Source: Octopus sinensis (taxonomy: Eukaryota). From it: a DNA stretch of 64,000 bases. Where the stretch lies: positions 22,196,001-22,260,000 of the forward strand of contig NC_043001.1 in assembly GCF_006345805.1 (NCBI RefSeq), read 5' to 3'. Positions 53,203-64,000 of the stretch are shown piece after piece (the stretch's first letter is position 1; each line of letters begins with the position of its first letter). A model generated the notes under the pieces. The model made no database searches, was not told the origin of the DNA, and saw nothing but the letters and a program-made list of their open reading frames with translations. Both the position numbers and the translations under genes were made by a program.

Positions 53203-53570
53203 TGCTAAACAGTCATCTACCACAACAACAATTACAAGAGCAATAAGAACATTAAGCACGTAACAAAAACAAAACAACCATAACAGCAACAATAACCACA
53301 ACAATCACAGTAACAACAAAAACAAGAGCAAGAATAGCTGCAGTCTCGACTACATGCATACAGGCCTGAAGCGCATGCTTAAGAGCATCACAGGAAAGAG
53401 TGGCACAATAGAATTATTTCCGGCGCCAGATTTTCTATGATTGCAAATAGAATTGTAATTGTAGAGTTGGCAGCAAGGTGAGTTACTCCCCCCTTGTTTT
53501 GTTTGTTTCTTTTTTCCTGCGAGCAAAAGACCTTTAGACGGTTAGTGCTATTACATATATGGCACCCGAG

Positions 53571-54003
53571 GGACTTTTTCGCTTTGACCGGCAGTTTTTA
53601 AAAATAATTTCTAGCAGTGTCATATGAAATTGTCACCCATAATTATGACCCTAGTATCGATCTATTGTATTTCAATCTGTTTTAGGGTTAGGGTTATGGT
53701 TTAGGGTGGGGAGAAGGGTATCTTTTTCTCTTCAGAAATGTAAATAAACCCAATCTGTTTCTTAAACGAGAGACATTTTCATACGGCACAGAATGTTTTC
53801 ACCTCAATAGACGTCATTGATTGGTTGAAATTGCAGAAATTGAAGAAAATATCTTACAAATATCTTACAAACTACAGAATTTTCTCAAGAAAGCCAAGAG
53901 AAAAAGATGTTTTATAAACACATTCTACCAGTATACGAAGTTTCAATTTTTTTAGTTACATGGAAATTATTTTAAAAAACTGCCGGTCAAAGCGAAAAGA
54001 TCC
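53571..54003. mobile_element. GGATC-ended MITE, copy 4
   Basis: 8-bp TSD CACCCGAG (53563-70, 54004-11). Confidence 0.95.
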
Positions 54004-54414
54004 CACCCGAGTCTTCGGTTAGAATGCAAATGGTAAGTTATAACAGTTATAACAACTGGAAAAACATAGGGTTACAAATTTTCATTTTCTCCCTGTTCTA
54101 GTAAATTATTTGATTATATTGCTCACTTAATATTTAGTATTAAATAAATATATAAATAAAAACAGTTACATTTGGTATACGCAGTTTTGGGCTCTATCCT
54201 TAGGCCTGTAAGAAAACTTTTTAATCAAATATTCTATAATCTGCACTTTAATATCTTGTCAGATGGACAATGGAAAGGTCGAAGGGATTTGTCATTTGGC
54301 CTGAATCCGATCCTACACGCATGTAGGCACTCTCACACACGCATGCACGCACACATGCTATTTCTCTCTCATACACTCAAACACACGCAAGCGAACTTTC
54401 TCTCTCTGTCTCTG

Positions 54415-54488
<74 letters not shown>

Positions 54489-54559
54489 CACACATACACA
54501 CACACACCTCGGGAAATGGTGTCGTTGATGGACGGACCACAATGCTATTCGATTCAAAG

Positions 54560-54890
54560 CAAATGTGAGTAGTTTTCCATCGATACTTTTGCCTGACAGT
54601 TTGGAGGAACTGACGTATTGCGAACGTTGAAATCAAAGACTACATCGAGCTAAAGTGCCGCAAAAAAATAATAATACGATTACAACTAAGCTAAGGACAG
54701 CTATATGCGGTGGTGCGAGAAACAAATCGTTGAGCTTAGATGGTCTGCAATATGAATATTTTATGTTTACATACCAGACTTGTTCGATACTGTCTTGGGT
54801 CAATCGTGACAGCTGTAGACTGGGTGTATTCCTAATTGTTTGTATCAGAGAACAGAGACGCTGCCTAAAGAAGGACATCATTCTTTTCTA
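54560..54890 (+). mobile_element. Decayed L1/Tx1-like ORF2 fragment
   Basis: RNKSLSLDGLQYEYF resembles KSPGLDGLPYEFY; followed by GVFLIV. Confidence 0.35.
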
Positions 54891-54904
54891 CCCTAGGTAC
54901 ACAG

Positions 54905-55280
54905 CCCGAAATTTTGAGGGATGGGGGCCAGTCGATTAGATCGACCTCACTACGCAACTGGTACTTAATTTATCAACCCCGAAAGGATGAAAGGCAAAAA
55001 TCGACCTCGGCGGAATTTGAACTCAGAACGTAACTGCAGACGAAATACCTATTTCTTTACTACCCACAAGGGGCTAAACAAAGAAAGGACAAACAAGGAC
55101 AGACAAGCGGATTAAGTCGATTACATCGACCCCAGTGCGTAACTGGTACTTAATTTATCGACCCCGAAAGGATGAAAGGCAAAGTCGACCTCGGCGGAAT
55201 TTGAACTCAAAACGTAGCGGCAGACGAAATACTGCTAAGCATTTTGCCCGGCGTGCTAACGTTTCTGCCAGCTCGCCGCC
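54905..55280 (-). mobile_element. SINE S2 tandem: full copy (55048-55280) plus partial copy
   Basis: Junction gcagacgaaatac|ctatttctttactacc. Confidence 0.92.
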
Positions 55281-56042
55281 TTTTCTGTCAGCTCACAGCC
55301 TCTGGAGGACATCATTGATAGCTCAAAGGGTTTGTACAGAGGTTGGCATTTGTGACTGGAATGGTGCGGGTTTCCTTTCGCTGTCCCCTCAGTAAATTTG
55401 CAGAAGTTACATGAGGTGACAAGCTTGGCCTGATTGAGGGGAAATTAGTTGAAATCTGTAACTGAGAGACGCCTCTTATCCATGGCAGTGGAGGTGATCG
55501 GAAATATTTGAAGCTCTATTATTGGTTTTTAGGTGACAATCACTGTACGGAAAACTTACAGAGAATTTAAGCGGAATTTCACCAGGGCAATCGTCAACAA
55601 CCGGTGCTGGTTTGTTGATGATTGTCCCTTCCATTTCATAGTATGTTTCTTTTTATTTTTCATGTCAGTTTTTTTCATACACAATCTAAATTTGTTACCG
55701 GTTTGTATTTTATACTTGGAATGTCCCCAATCAGTCATATATGTGAAAATGAAACTATTTTGGCTTTTTACATTGAGTTTAAATCCGGAGGTCAGCTTTG
55801 CCTTTCGTCCCTCCGGGGTCGATCAAATGAAGTACCAGTGAAGTACTGTGGTAGGTGGTATCGATTTAAGTCCACTTCTTTCCACTGCTAAACTTGTTCC
55901 AATATTTCCGGGTCATTACGTTCTGAGTTCATATCCCATTGAGATCAATTTTTAACTTTCATTCCTGGTTCGATAAAATAAAGTGCCAGGAATTTGAAAC
56001 ATTTGAGCGTCCACCTCATTGCCGTGGGGTGAGAAAAATGGA

Positions 56043-56230
56043 TTTACTCTTTTACTCGTTTCAGTCATTTGACTGCGTCCATGCCGGAGCACCGCTTTTT
56101 AGTCGAGCAAATCTACCCCCAGGACTTATTCTTTGGAAGCCTGGTACTTATTCTATCGCTAAGTTACGGAGACGTAAACACACCGGCATCGGTTGTCAAG
56201 CGATGTTGGGGGGACAAACACAGACACACA

Positions 56231-56269
<39 letters not shown>

Positions 56270-56457
56270 AAACATACACGCACACACGCATATATATACA
56301 TATATACGACAGGCCTCTTTCAGTTTCCGTCTACCAAATCCACTCACAAGGCTTTGGTCGGCCCGAGGCTATAGTAGAAGACACTTGCGCAGTGGGAATG
56401 AACCCGGAACTATGTGGTTGGTAAGCAAACTACTTACCACACAGCCACTCCTGAGCC
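56043..56457 (-). mobile_element. SINE S1
   Basis: Full length with small deletions. Confidence 0.92.
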
Positions 56458-56777
56458 TCGGATTTGCCGAACATATTTTAAAAGTATTTTTTGTAAATAT
56501 TGTTTATAAATAGAGTTCTGAGAAACTGAATGATCTCCTGCTCCAGGATAGGGCTGATCTCAAACTGAGCAGCTGCTCCAACTAGTCGTCTTGTGACGAT
56601 GAAGAAATGGGAAAACGGCGAAAATGAAAAACCAACGAGGAGAATAGAGAAGGAAAGGAGAGAAAGGAAAAAAACAAAAGTAACCTGGTTAAATATTAGC
56701 AGGCTGTTGGAAACTCTCCGTCCCTTGAGAGAGTACAAACGAGATTCTTAAAGAAACTACCGAAGAAACTTTAACAG

Positions 56778-56951
56778 GGCGCAGGAGTGGCTGTGTGGTA
56801 AGTAGCTTGCTTACCAACCACATGGTTCCGGGTTCAGTCCCACTGCGTGGCACCTTGGGCAAGTGTCTTCTATTATAGCCTCTGGCCGACCAAAGTCTTG
56901 TGAGTGGATTTGATAGACGAAAACTGAAAGAAGCCCGTCGTATATATGTAA

Positions 56952-56990
<39 letters not shown>

Positions 56991-57205
56991 TGTGTTTGTG
57001 TGTCTGTGTTTGTCCCCCAACATCGCTTGACAACCGATGCTGGTGTGTTTACGTCCCCGTAACTTAGCGGTTCGGCAAAAGAGAACGAGAGAATAAGTAC
57101 TAGGCTTACAAAGAATAAGTTCTGGGGTCGATTTGCTCGACTAAAGGCAGTGCTCCAGCATGGCCACAGTCAAATAACTTTAACAAATAAAAGAGTAAAA
57201 AGAGA
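56778..57205 (+). mobile_element. SINE S1, young full-length reference copy
   Basis: A-box-like tggctgtgtggt, B-box-like gggttcagtccc, central (GT)n and (aagagta) tail. Confidence 0.95.
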
Positions 57206-57407
57206 GGGTAAATCTTCATTGAACTAACAGCAAAGACGCGTCGTCATTCAACTTTTAAAATGCGCTAAACAACCATATTATCTCTTGCCACCTTTTAAAT
57301 GGAATTGCTTATCTTGTTCATAGTATTGTTACTGCGGCTGTTTATCATTTAGGAGCTAGTGAGGTGGCAGTGGTTGTATTGGTATTGACGATGATTGTGT
57401 TCGTGTT

Positions 57408-57582
<175 letters not shown>

Positions 57583-58151
57583 GTGGTGAAGGCTGAGTGA
57601 TATTAGACAGCTGATGATGTGAGTGTATGTTTGATAGGCTTGTTGTCTATGAATATCATGGAGTCTCGTTATTATGAGTTGTCCTTCATTCTGGCATGGT
57701 TTTTCTTAATGTAAATCCTTGTGGTTAAAAAAGAAATCATTATTACGATTACTAGGAGAAAGACCGCCCTCCAAGCGGTTTTCTGATAGTTGTCAAGTGT
57801 TGATGCTTGATTCGGAGAATGATACACATTCTATCATGCTTGAGAATTGGCTATTGTGTAAGTTGTCAAATAACCACAGTCAAATGTTCACGCTTGGTTA
57901 GGACTGCCGTGAATGATTCACACATTCTGTCGTGTTTGGGAATTGGCTATTGTGTATGTTGTCAAATAATCACTGTGATTCTTGGTTCACACATTCTGTC
58001 TTCAAGTCATTAAGTCCTAACTCCGCCTGCAATGCGGTTGTATCTTGAATTACGCTCAAACATATTGGCTGAATCAGACTTTCATCAATGGAGAGGCGAA
58101 ATATATTCTATTTAAAACTGTGGCGAAATATCTTTTATTTTAAACTAACCC

Positions 58152-59730
58152 ATGCCGCGTGAAAACGAGCAAATCATCAGAAAATATTTTAACTAAACAG
58201 ACAGTGAACACATATGGAAATGCAAGTGTGGGGAAAAGTTGACTCAGAGAAAAGGGACTCGAAGGACAAATTTTATGAATCGCATAAAACCCCAGCATCC
58301 AGAGTATTCTACTACGCAAGCAACTGGACAACCATCTTCATCGAGTTTTCTTTCATCAAGAAGTAGGTTGATCAGTCGCACGGCCTTAAATGTTTATGGT
58401 TGGATTTAGTAGGTATGCGTTGGTTTAAAACCATTTTCCTTTTCTGAAGACTCACTGACTCGTAAGTACACAAACTTGGGAAGTATGACAAATGTGACCT
58501 TAAAGAAATATATAGAGAAGCTTACTCAAGAAGTGGAGAAATAAAATATCTGATGAATTTTCGTTGTTAATCGACGGTTGGACTAAGTGTTCGACGCATT
58601 TCATTGCACGTTTTGCATCTGATTTGTGCAATTATCAAAATGACTATTGTACTGTTTTGCTGGTATTTTCGCCAATGGTAAGTGAAACATCATTCACTAC
58701 TTCTAATTATATTGAATTTATAGAGTACTAGCAGTATCGCCCGGCGTTGCTCGGGTTTGTAAGGGAAATAACTATACAGCATTTTAGAGAGTTATAGCCA
58801 AAAAATAGCAAAAAGATGCATTAAAAATGGAAAAAATATGATGGTAAATTTTTTTTTAAATCGTTGACTCATCGTAGACATTTTTAGAGAGTTACTTCCC
58901 TTTAAAAAAATATGCATGAAAATGGAAAAAAATGATGGTAAATTATTTTTAAAATCGTAGACGCGCGCTAATACCCAGAAGGGCTCGATATGAATCACGA
59001 CTATAAGATACCGGGTTTTAGTTAAACTGCACCGCAAAATGTGGGAGTAGTTAGGAATCTAAATCGAATGGGACAGACACTCACACAACTACAGTTTTAT
59101 ATATATAGATGTGTTAAATGTCTATAAAAAATAAATTTAAAGAAATGTTGTAGCTAATACCGGAGATAATACTGAAGTGAACAAATCTATAGCGAATTTA
59201 TATAGAATACAATTGATTGGATGTGCCTCTCATAAATTCAATCTGAGTGTTTCTGTTTATCTTGACAAGCAGGAAGTTCTGCTTGATAAAATCAATATGT
59301 TGATGGGCAAGCAAAAAAATCATTAAAACATGAGGGTAAACTTAGGGAAGACACGCCTTTGCAACCTGAACAAAGAAGTAAAACCCGTTGGTCCAGTACT
59401 TATGATATGATTGAGAGATACATCCGACTCAAGCCGTTTTTCAAGGTGATCCAAAGCTGGTTGATCTTTTCAAGGTGATCCAAAGCTGGTTGATTATCTG
59501 TTGACTCCACGCGGTCATAATGATCTGCAGACTCTAAAAGACAATTTACGAAAGTTACGCTCAGTAACAGTCGCCTTGCAAAGAACAGAAATAAATGTGA
59601 GAGATGCTCAAATTCTTTTTGATGAAATTCTCGCATTGTATCCTTACGAAGAGTTTTTAAAATATTTGCGTCCGTCGGCAGCCATTGTGCACAGCCCAAA
59701 TTTTGAAAGTGGAGTTGTGAAAATATGTGT
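58152..59730 (+). pseudogene. hAT-superfamily transposase pseudogene, interrupted by a Helitron
   Basis: BED-like WKCKCG...QHP; FSLLIDGWT; GDN...LIGCASHKFNLSV; KTRWSSTYDMIERY; IVHSPNFESGVVKI. The frame is restored across 58727/59110 (FIEYVLNVYK). Confidence 0.85.
58728..59109 (-). mobile_element. Non-autonomous Helitron, family H1
   Basis: CTAG...GA termini on +; inserted at A^T without a TSD. Confidence 0.9.
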
Positions 59731-59834
59731 GCGTGCTCACCATTCCTCCACCCAACCTTCAGATTCTGATATAATCGTAATCTACACACCTGAGAGATAT
59801 GAGCTGAAAATTTCAAAATTTAATTAAAAGTACC

Positions 59835-60253
59835 GGATCTTTTCGGTTTGAACAGCAGTTTTTCTAGCGGTGTCATGAAATTGTCACCCGTAATTATGAC
59901 CCTAGTATCGATCTATTGCATTTCAAACTGTTTTAGGGTTAGGGTTAGGGTTAGGGGTGGGGGGAAGGGTATCTTTTTTTCTTCACAAATGTAAATAAAC
60001 CCAATCTGTTTCTTAAACGAGGGACATATTCATACGGCACAGAATGTTTTCACCTCAATAGACGTCACTGATTGGTTGAAATTGCAGAAATTGAAGAAAA
60101 AAAAACAACAAATATCTTACAAACTATAATTTTCTCAATAAAGCCAAGAGAAAAAGGTGTTTTATAAACACATTCTACCAGTATACGAAGTTTAAAAGTG
60201 TTTAGTTACGTGGAAATTGTTTTAAAAAACTGCCGTTCAAACCGAAAAGATCC
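59835..60253. mobile_element. GGATC-ended MITE, copy 5
   Basis: 8-bp TSD AAAGTACC; carries (TTAGGG)4. Confidence 0.95.
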
Positions 60254-60844
60254 AAAGTACCCATTTTTCGCATGCGTCTTGAACGCCTTTTGTTTTAGTT
60301 CATATTTTTTCATTCTTTCATTTTCTCTTTTTACTGTCAACCACAATTTGTTTACTCCACGTCAGGCCTCCATTCACTCTTCATCGCAAGACAATGGGGT
60401 AGTACTACTAGGAGAGGGGGTCCTCTCCCGGTCATCGGCTGCTGGTTCAGAGAGCGAAGCAAGTCTTCCGGCCATCCTCGGAGCTGGGACGGTAGATTTC
60501 TGGAACGCATCACTCCATCTTCAATATTGAAAATTGGGAAGATTCTTTCTCGATGAAAACCGCAATATTCGGCTTTTTTTGAAGCCATACAGAAAACCTA
60601 TCCTACTTTTCGAGTGACATATGTCACTTTTCTCATTATTCTTTCTTCGATAACATCGTGAGGCAAAGAGAGATTTTGAGACTTATCTGTCCCACGTTCT
60701 TTTTTCTGTTTTTTTTTTTTTTTTTGGGCATTGACCCATATTTTGAAATATTTTTCGCAGACAATGTTGCCAAAATATTTACATTTGTTGCCGTTATCAT
60801 TGCTGATTACTGCTTATCAAATTGTTTGCACATGCCTGCCTTTA

Positions 60845-61253
60845 ATTGTTTTAGCGTTACTCTTTTACTTGTTCCAGTCATTTGACTGCGGCCATGCTGG
60901 AGCACCGCCTTTGGTTGAGCAACTCGATCCCGGGACTTATTCTTTGTAAGCCCAGTACTTATTCTATCGGTCCCTTTTGCCGAACCGCTAAGTAACGGGA
61001 ACATAAACACACCAGCATCGGTTGTCAAGCAATGCTAGGGGGACAAACACAGACACACAAACACACACACGCATATATATATATACATATATATATACGA
61101 CGGGCTTCTTTTCAGTTTCCGTCTACCAAATCCACTCACAAGGCATTGGTCGGCCCAGGGCTATAGCAGAAGACACTTGCCCAAGGTGCCACGCAGTGGG
61201 ACTGAACCCGGAACCATGTGGTTAGTAAACAAGCTACTTACCACACAGCCACT
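60845..61253 (-). mobile_element. SINE S1
   Basis: Full length. Confidence 0.92.
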
Positions 61254-61334
61254 CGTTATTGTTTTTATCAAATTTGTTTTAAAATTTATGTTCCTGTTCA
61301 AAATTCCTGGAGACGTGTTTGCTGGAGAAAGAAG

Positions 61335-61776
61335 ACATGTTATTATGCACATAACTCTTTTACTCTGTTACTTGTTTCAGTCATTTGACTGTGTCCATGT
61401 TGGAGCACCGCCTTTAGTTGAGCAAATCGACCTCAGGACTTATTCTTTGTAAGCCCAGTACTTATTCTATCGGTCTCTTTTGCCGAACCGCTAAGTTACG
61501 GGGACATAAACAGACCAGCATCGGTTGTCAAGCGATGTTGGGGGGACAACACAGACACAGAAACATACACACACACACACACACATACAAGCACACACAT
61601 ATATATATATACATATACGACGGGCTTCTTTCAGTTTCCGTCTACCAAATCCACTCACAAGGCTTTGGTCAGTCCCAGGCTATAGAAGAAGACACTTGTC
61701 CAAGGTGCCACGCAGTGGGACTGAACCCGGAACCATGTGGTTCGTAAGCAAGCTACTTACCACACAGCCACTCCTA
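61335..61776 (-). mobile_element. SINE S1
   Basis: Full length. Confidence 0.92.
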
Positions 61777-62066
61777 CGAATATTTATGAAATATATAATC
61801 CCAAAATCTCCAGTGACAAAACTTGTTTTGTTTTCCCACGCCAAAGTAAAAATAGTGGATACTCAAATGCTCCAAAGTGCAATAACTTCAAAAACTTTTT
61901 CTTGTACATAGCCTGTTCGTGAAAATCAAACGAACAGCCTATAATTTAAATGTCCCACAAAATTTGACCGCATCTCCTACTCAATCAGCGCACCACTCTC
62001 TCCGCTGATCTTCTACAAGTAGTTCAGATGAGCCATCAGTTGGTAATTCGGAGAACTGTATATCTC

Positions 62067-62321
62067 TTGTGAAAGTTAGGAGAGTCCAGTTTGCTGGACA
62101 TTGTTGTAGAGCTGAAAAAGAAGTAATTTCTACTCTTCTCCTCTGGAAGCCATCTACTCGCAATACCAGAGGGCGCACACTCTCCTACCCTGATGTAATC
62201 TCCAGGGATACAGGCATCCAGCAACAGGACCTCCGTAATGCTATGATGGACCGTGAAGTCTGGCGTAGCATGGTAAATTCCATTGTCTCGACCACGGTCG
62301 AACAATGATGATGATGAATGA
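62067..62321 (+). mobile_element. 5'-truncated RTE LINE 3' end
   Basis: RRVQFAGHCCR...LLLWKP...YPDVISRDTG...DREVWR; (TGA)n tail; 10-bp TSD TGTATATCTC (62057-66, 62322-31). Confidence 0.92.
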
Positions 62322-62935
62322 TGTATATCTCACGACGTCCCAGAGAGGGAGGGATTTCTAATCTTAGAGCTAGTCTCGCTGTCCTTTCTGTGTTTTTCCT
62401 GCTGTCTCTGCTGGTTTGCCATCATTCTCCAGTTTTTATTTCCTTTCCATCGTCGCAAGGCAATGGAGTGGTTACCACATGGAGAGGGTCTCCAGATTTC
62501 CTATTCGTAGATTCTTGACACTCAGGACAACGCCATTTACCCTGCTGCCTTCAAAGCTATGATCAATGACCTCTTGAAAACCGAAGTTTTAGAGGCTTCC
62601 TGGCTCTGCAATCGTCCTCTGTTTTATTCGTTACCCTTCTTTTCCAGCTACTCCGAGTAGAAAACACTCACGAAGCTCTTACTGCCAGATGTATAGTAAC
62701 CAGGCTTTCTACCTTGAACCATCAGTCTAATTACTTTCTCGTCAAACCCCACAACGAGATACAGCTCCAGAAGACTTTTGTGGTCTTCAAGGATCGTCTG
62801 GATAACATGCTATGGCGCACATGGCGGAGACGTAACGCACTTTATTTGGGGTTTTTTTTATGGAAACCCGCGTTTTCGGCCAAGAAGATTCCGATTCTGA
62901 AAATGAATTGGCAAAAATCGCAACTTCAAAAAACT

Positions 62936-63031
62936 TCAAGAAGAAGAAGAAGAAGAAGAAGAAGAAGAAGAAGAAGAAGAAAAGAAGAAGAAGAGAGGAA
63001 GAAGAAGAGAGAAGAAGAAGAAGAAGAAGAA

Positions 63032-63072
<41 letters not shown>

Positions 63073-63301
63073 GGAAGAAGAAGAGAAGAAGAAGAGGAGA
63101 AGAAGAAGAGAAGAAGAAGAAGAGAGGAAGAAGAAGAAGGAAGAAGAAGAAGAAGAAGAGAGGAAGAAGAAGAAGAGGAGAAGAAGAAGAAGAAAAGAGG
63201 AAGAAGAAGAGGAAGAAGAGGAAGAGGAAGAAGAGGAAGAAGAAGAAGAGGAAGAAGAAGAAGAAGAGGAAGAAGAAGAAGAGGAAGAAGAAGACGACGA
63301 C
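62936..63301. repeat. (GAA)n/(GAG) purine microsatellite
   Basis: Direct inspection. Confidence 0.97.
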
Positions 63302-64000
63302 GACATTTATTGCTGGATATTATTTACTGCGTTGTTCGCTTAAAAAAAGGAAAATACCGAAAATATTATCGCTGACTGGGAAGAGAAATCCGTGCTGTGT
63401 CTTGTAGAAGGCTAACTGTGGAACATCATGATTGTCTGAAATTGCTTCTTGCTCGAGGTGATCTGTCCGGATACCCGAAGTAGTCTGCCTTCTGTGAGTT
63501 CCCAATGTGGTTTGCCTGAGCTGGTCTGCGCGAATGTTAGAGGCCATCTGGCTGAGTTAGGGGCCAAACGATTTTTATAAGGTGAAAAGTAGGCGAATTT
63601 TAATTAGCCCAAGAAGCCGTATCACGCCGATAGGTCAATCACGTGAAACTGCGGCGGCTTATTAATGATCACGAACTGAAAATCTTGCGGTTAGGGTTCG
63701 AATCTCTACACTTGCTTTTTGTTCTCATAACGTGGTACAACTCCTGTATAGCTTTGTTGTCTTCAGGGGTCATCGGGACCTGGCTGCTCATGCAGACCCT
63801 CACACCCACCCAGTCAACCACATGTTACCACCGCGCTCACCAAGTAGCGTAATGAGAGCAAGGTGTGGGTGACGATCTGCCTGGGGGACGCTTTTATGGA
63901 GTAGGCCCATTTAGGTTTGATGTATAAGACTGTTTAGACTTGGGGGTCCGGCAAACCCAAGGGCTGCCCAGGGCGGCACACACTTTAGCTATATCACTGC

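Noticed and set aside
56778-56850. tRNA genes at SINE heads
   Set aside because: Only A/B-box-like remnants; no complete cloverleaf; they continue into SINE bodies.
59933-59956. Telomere or chromosome-fusion scar
   Set aside because: Only four units, internal to a MITE present five times in the window.
62714-63375. Poly-E/R/K/S ORFs
   Set aside because: Translations of the (GAA)n tract.

Overview
AT-rich, repeat-saturated animal genomic DNA. The SINE/MITE families and long (TA)n/(TACA)n tracts look like an octopus or other coleoid cephalopod; this is recognition from memory, not a database result. I find no intact host protein-coding gene, and most ORF-track entries are microsatellite translations. 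The window holds tRNA-derived SINEs of at least three families, RTE-, CR1- and L1-like LINE relics, hAT, Tc1/pogo, piggyBac and GGATC-ended MITEs, non-autonomous Helitrons, a DD37D-like relic and a nearly complete but broken hAT transposase. Three observations stand out. (1) Five hammerhead-ribozyme motifs sit in microsatellite-embedded repeats. One has a fully canonical core (21126-21217, mirrored at 20324-20415) and lies inside a 535-bp non-coding tandem unit inserted as a 570-bp-arm inverted repeat with a 13-bp TSD, resembling a Penelope/retrozyme element. (2) An RTE insertion (51301-53202, 18-bp TSD) has a twin-priming-type 5' inversion. (3) The same RTE carries an internal patch copied from its own flanking DNA, whose first segment ends at the predicted second-strand nick. 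All RNA folds and protein alignments were done by eye and need computational confirmation.
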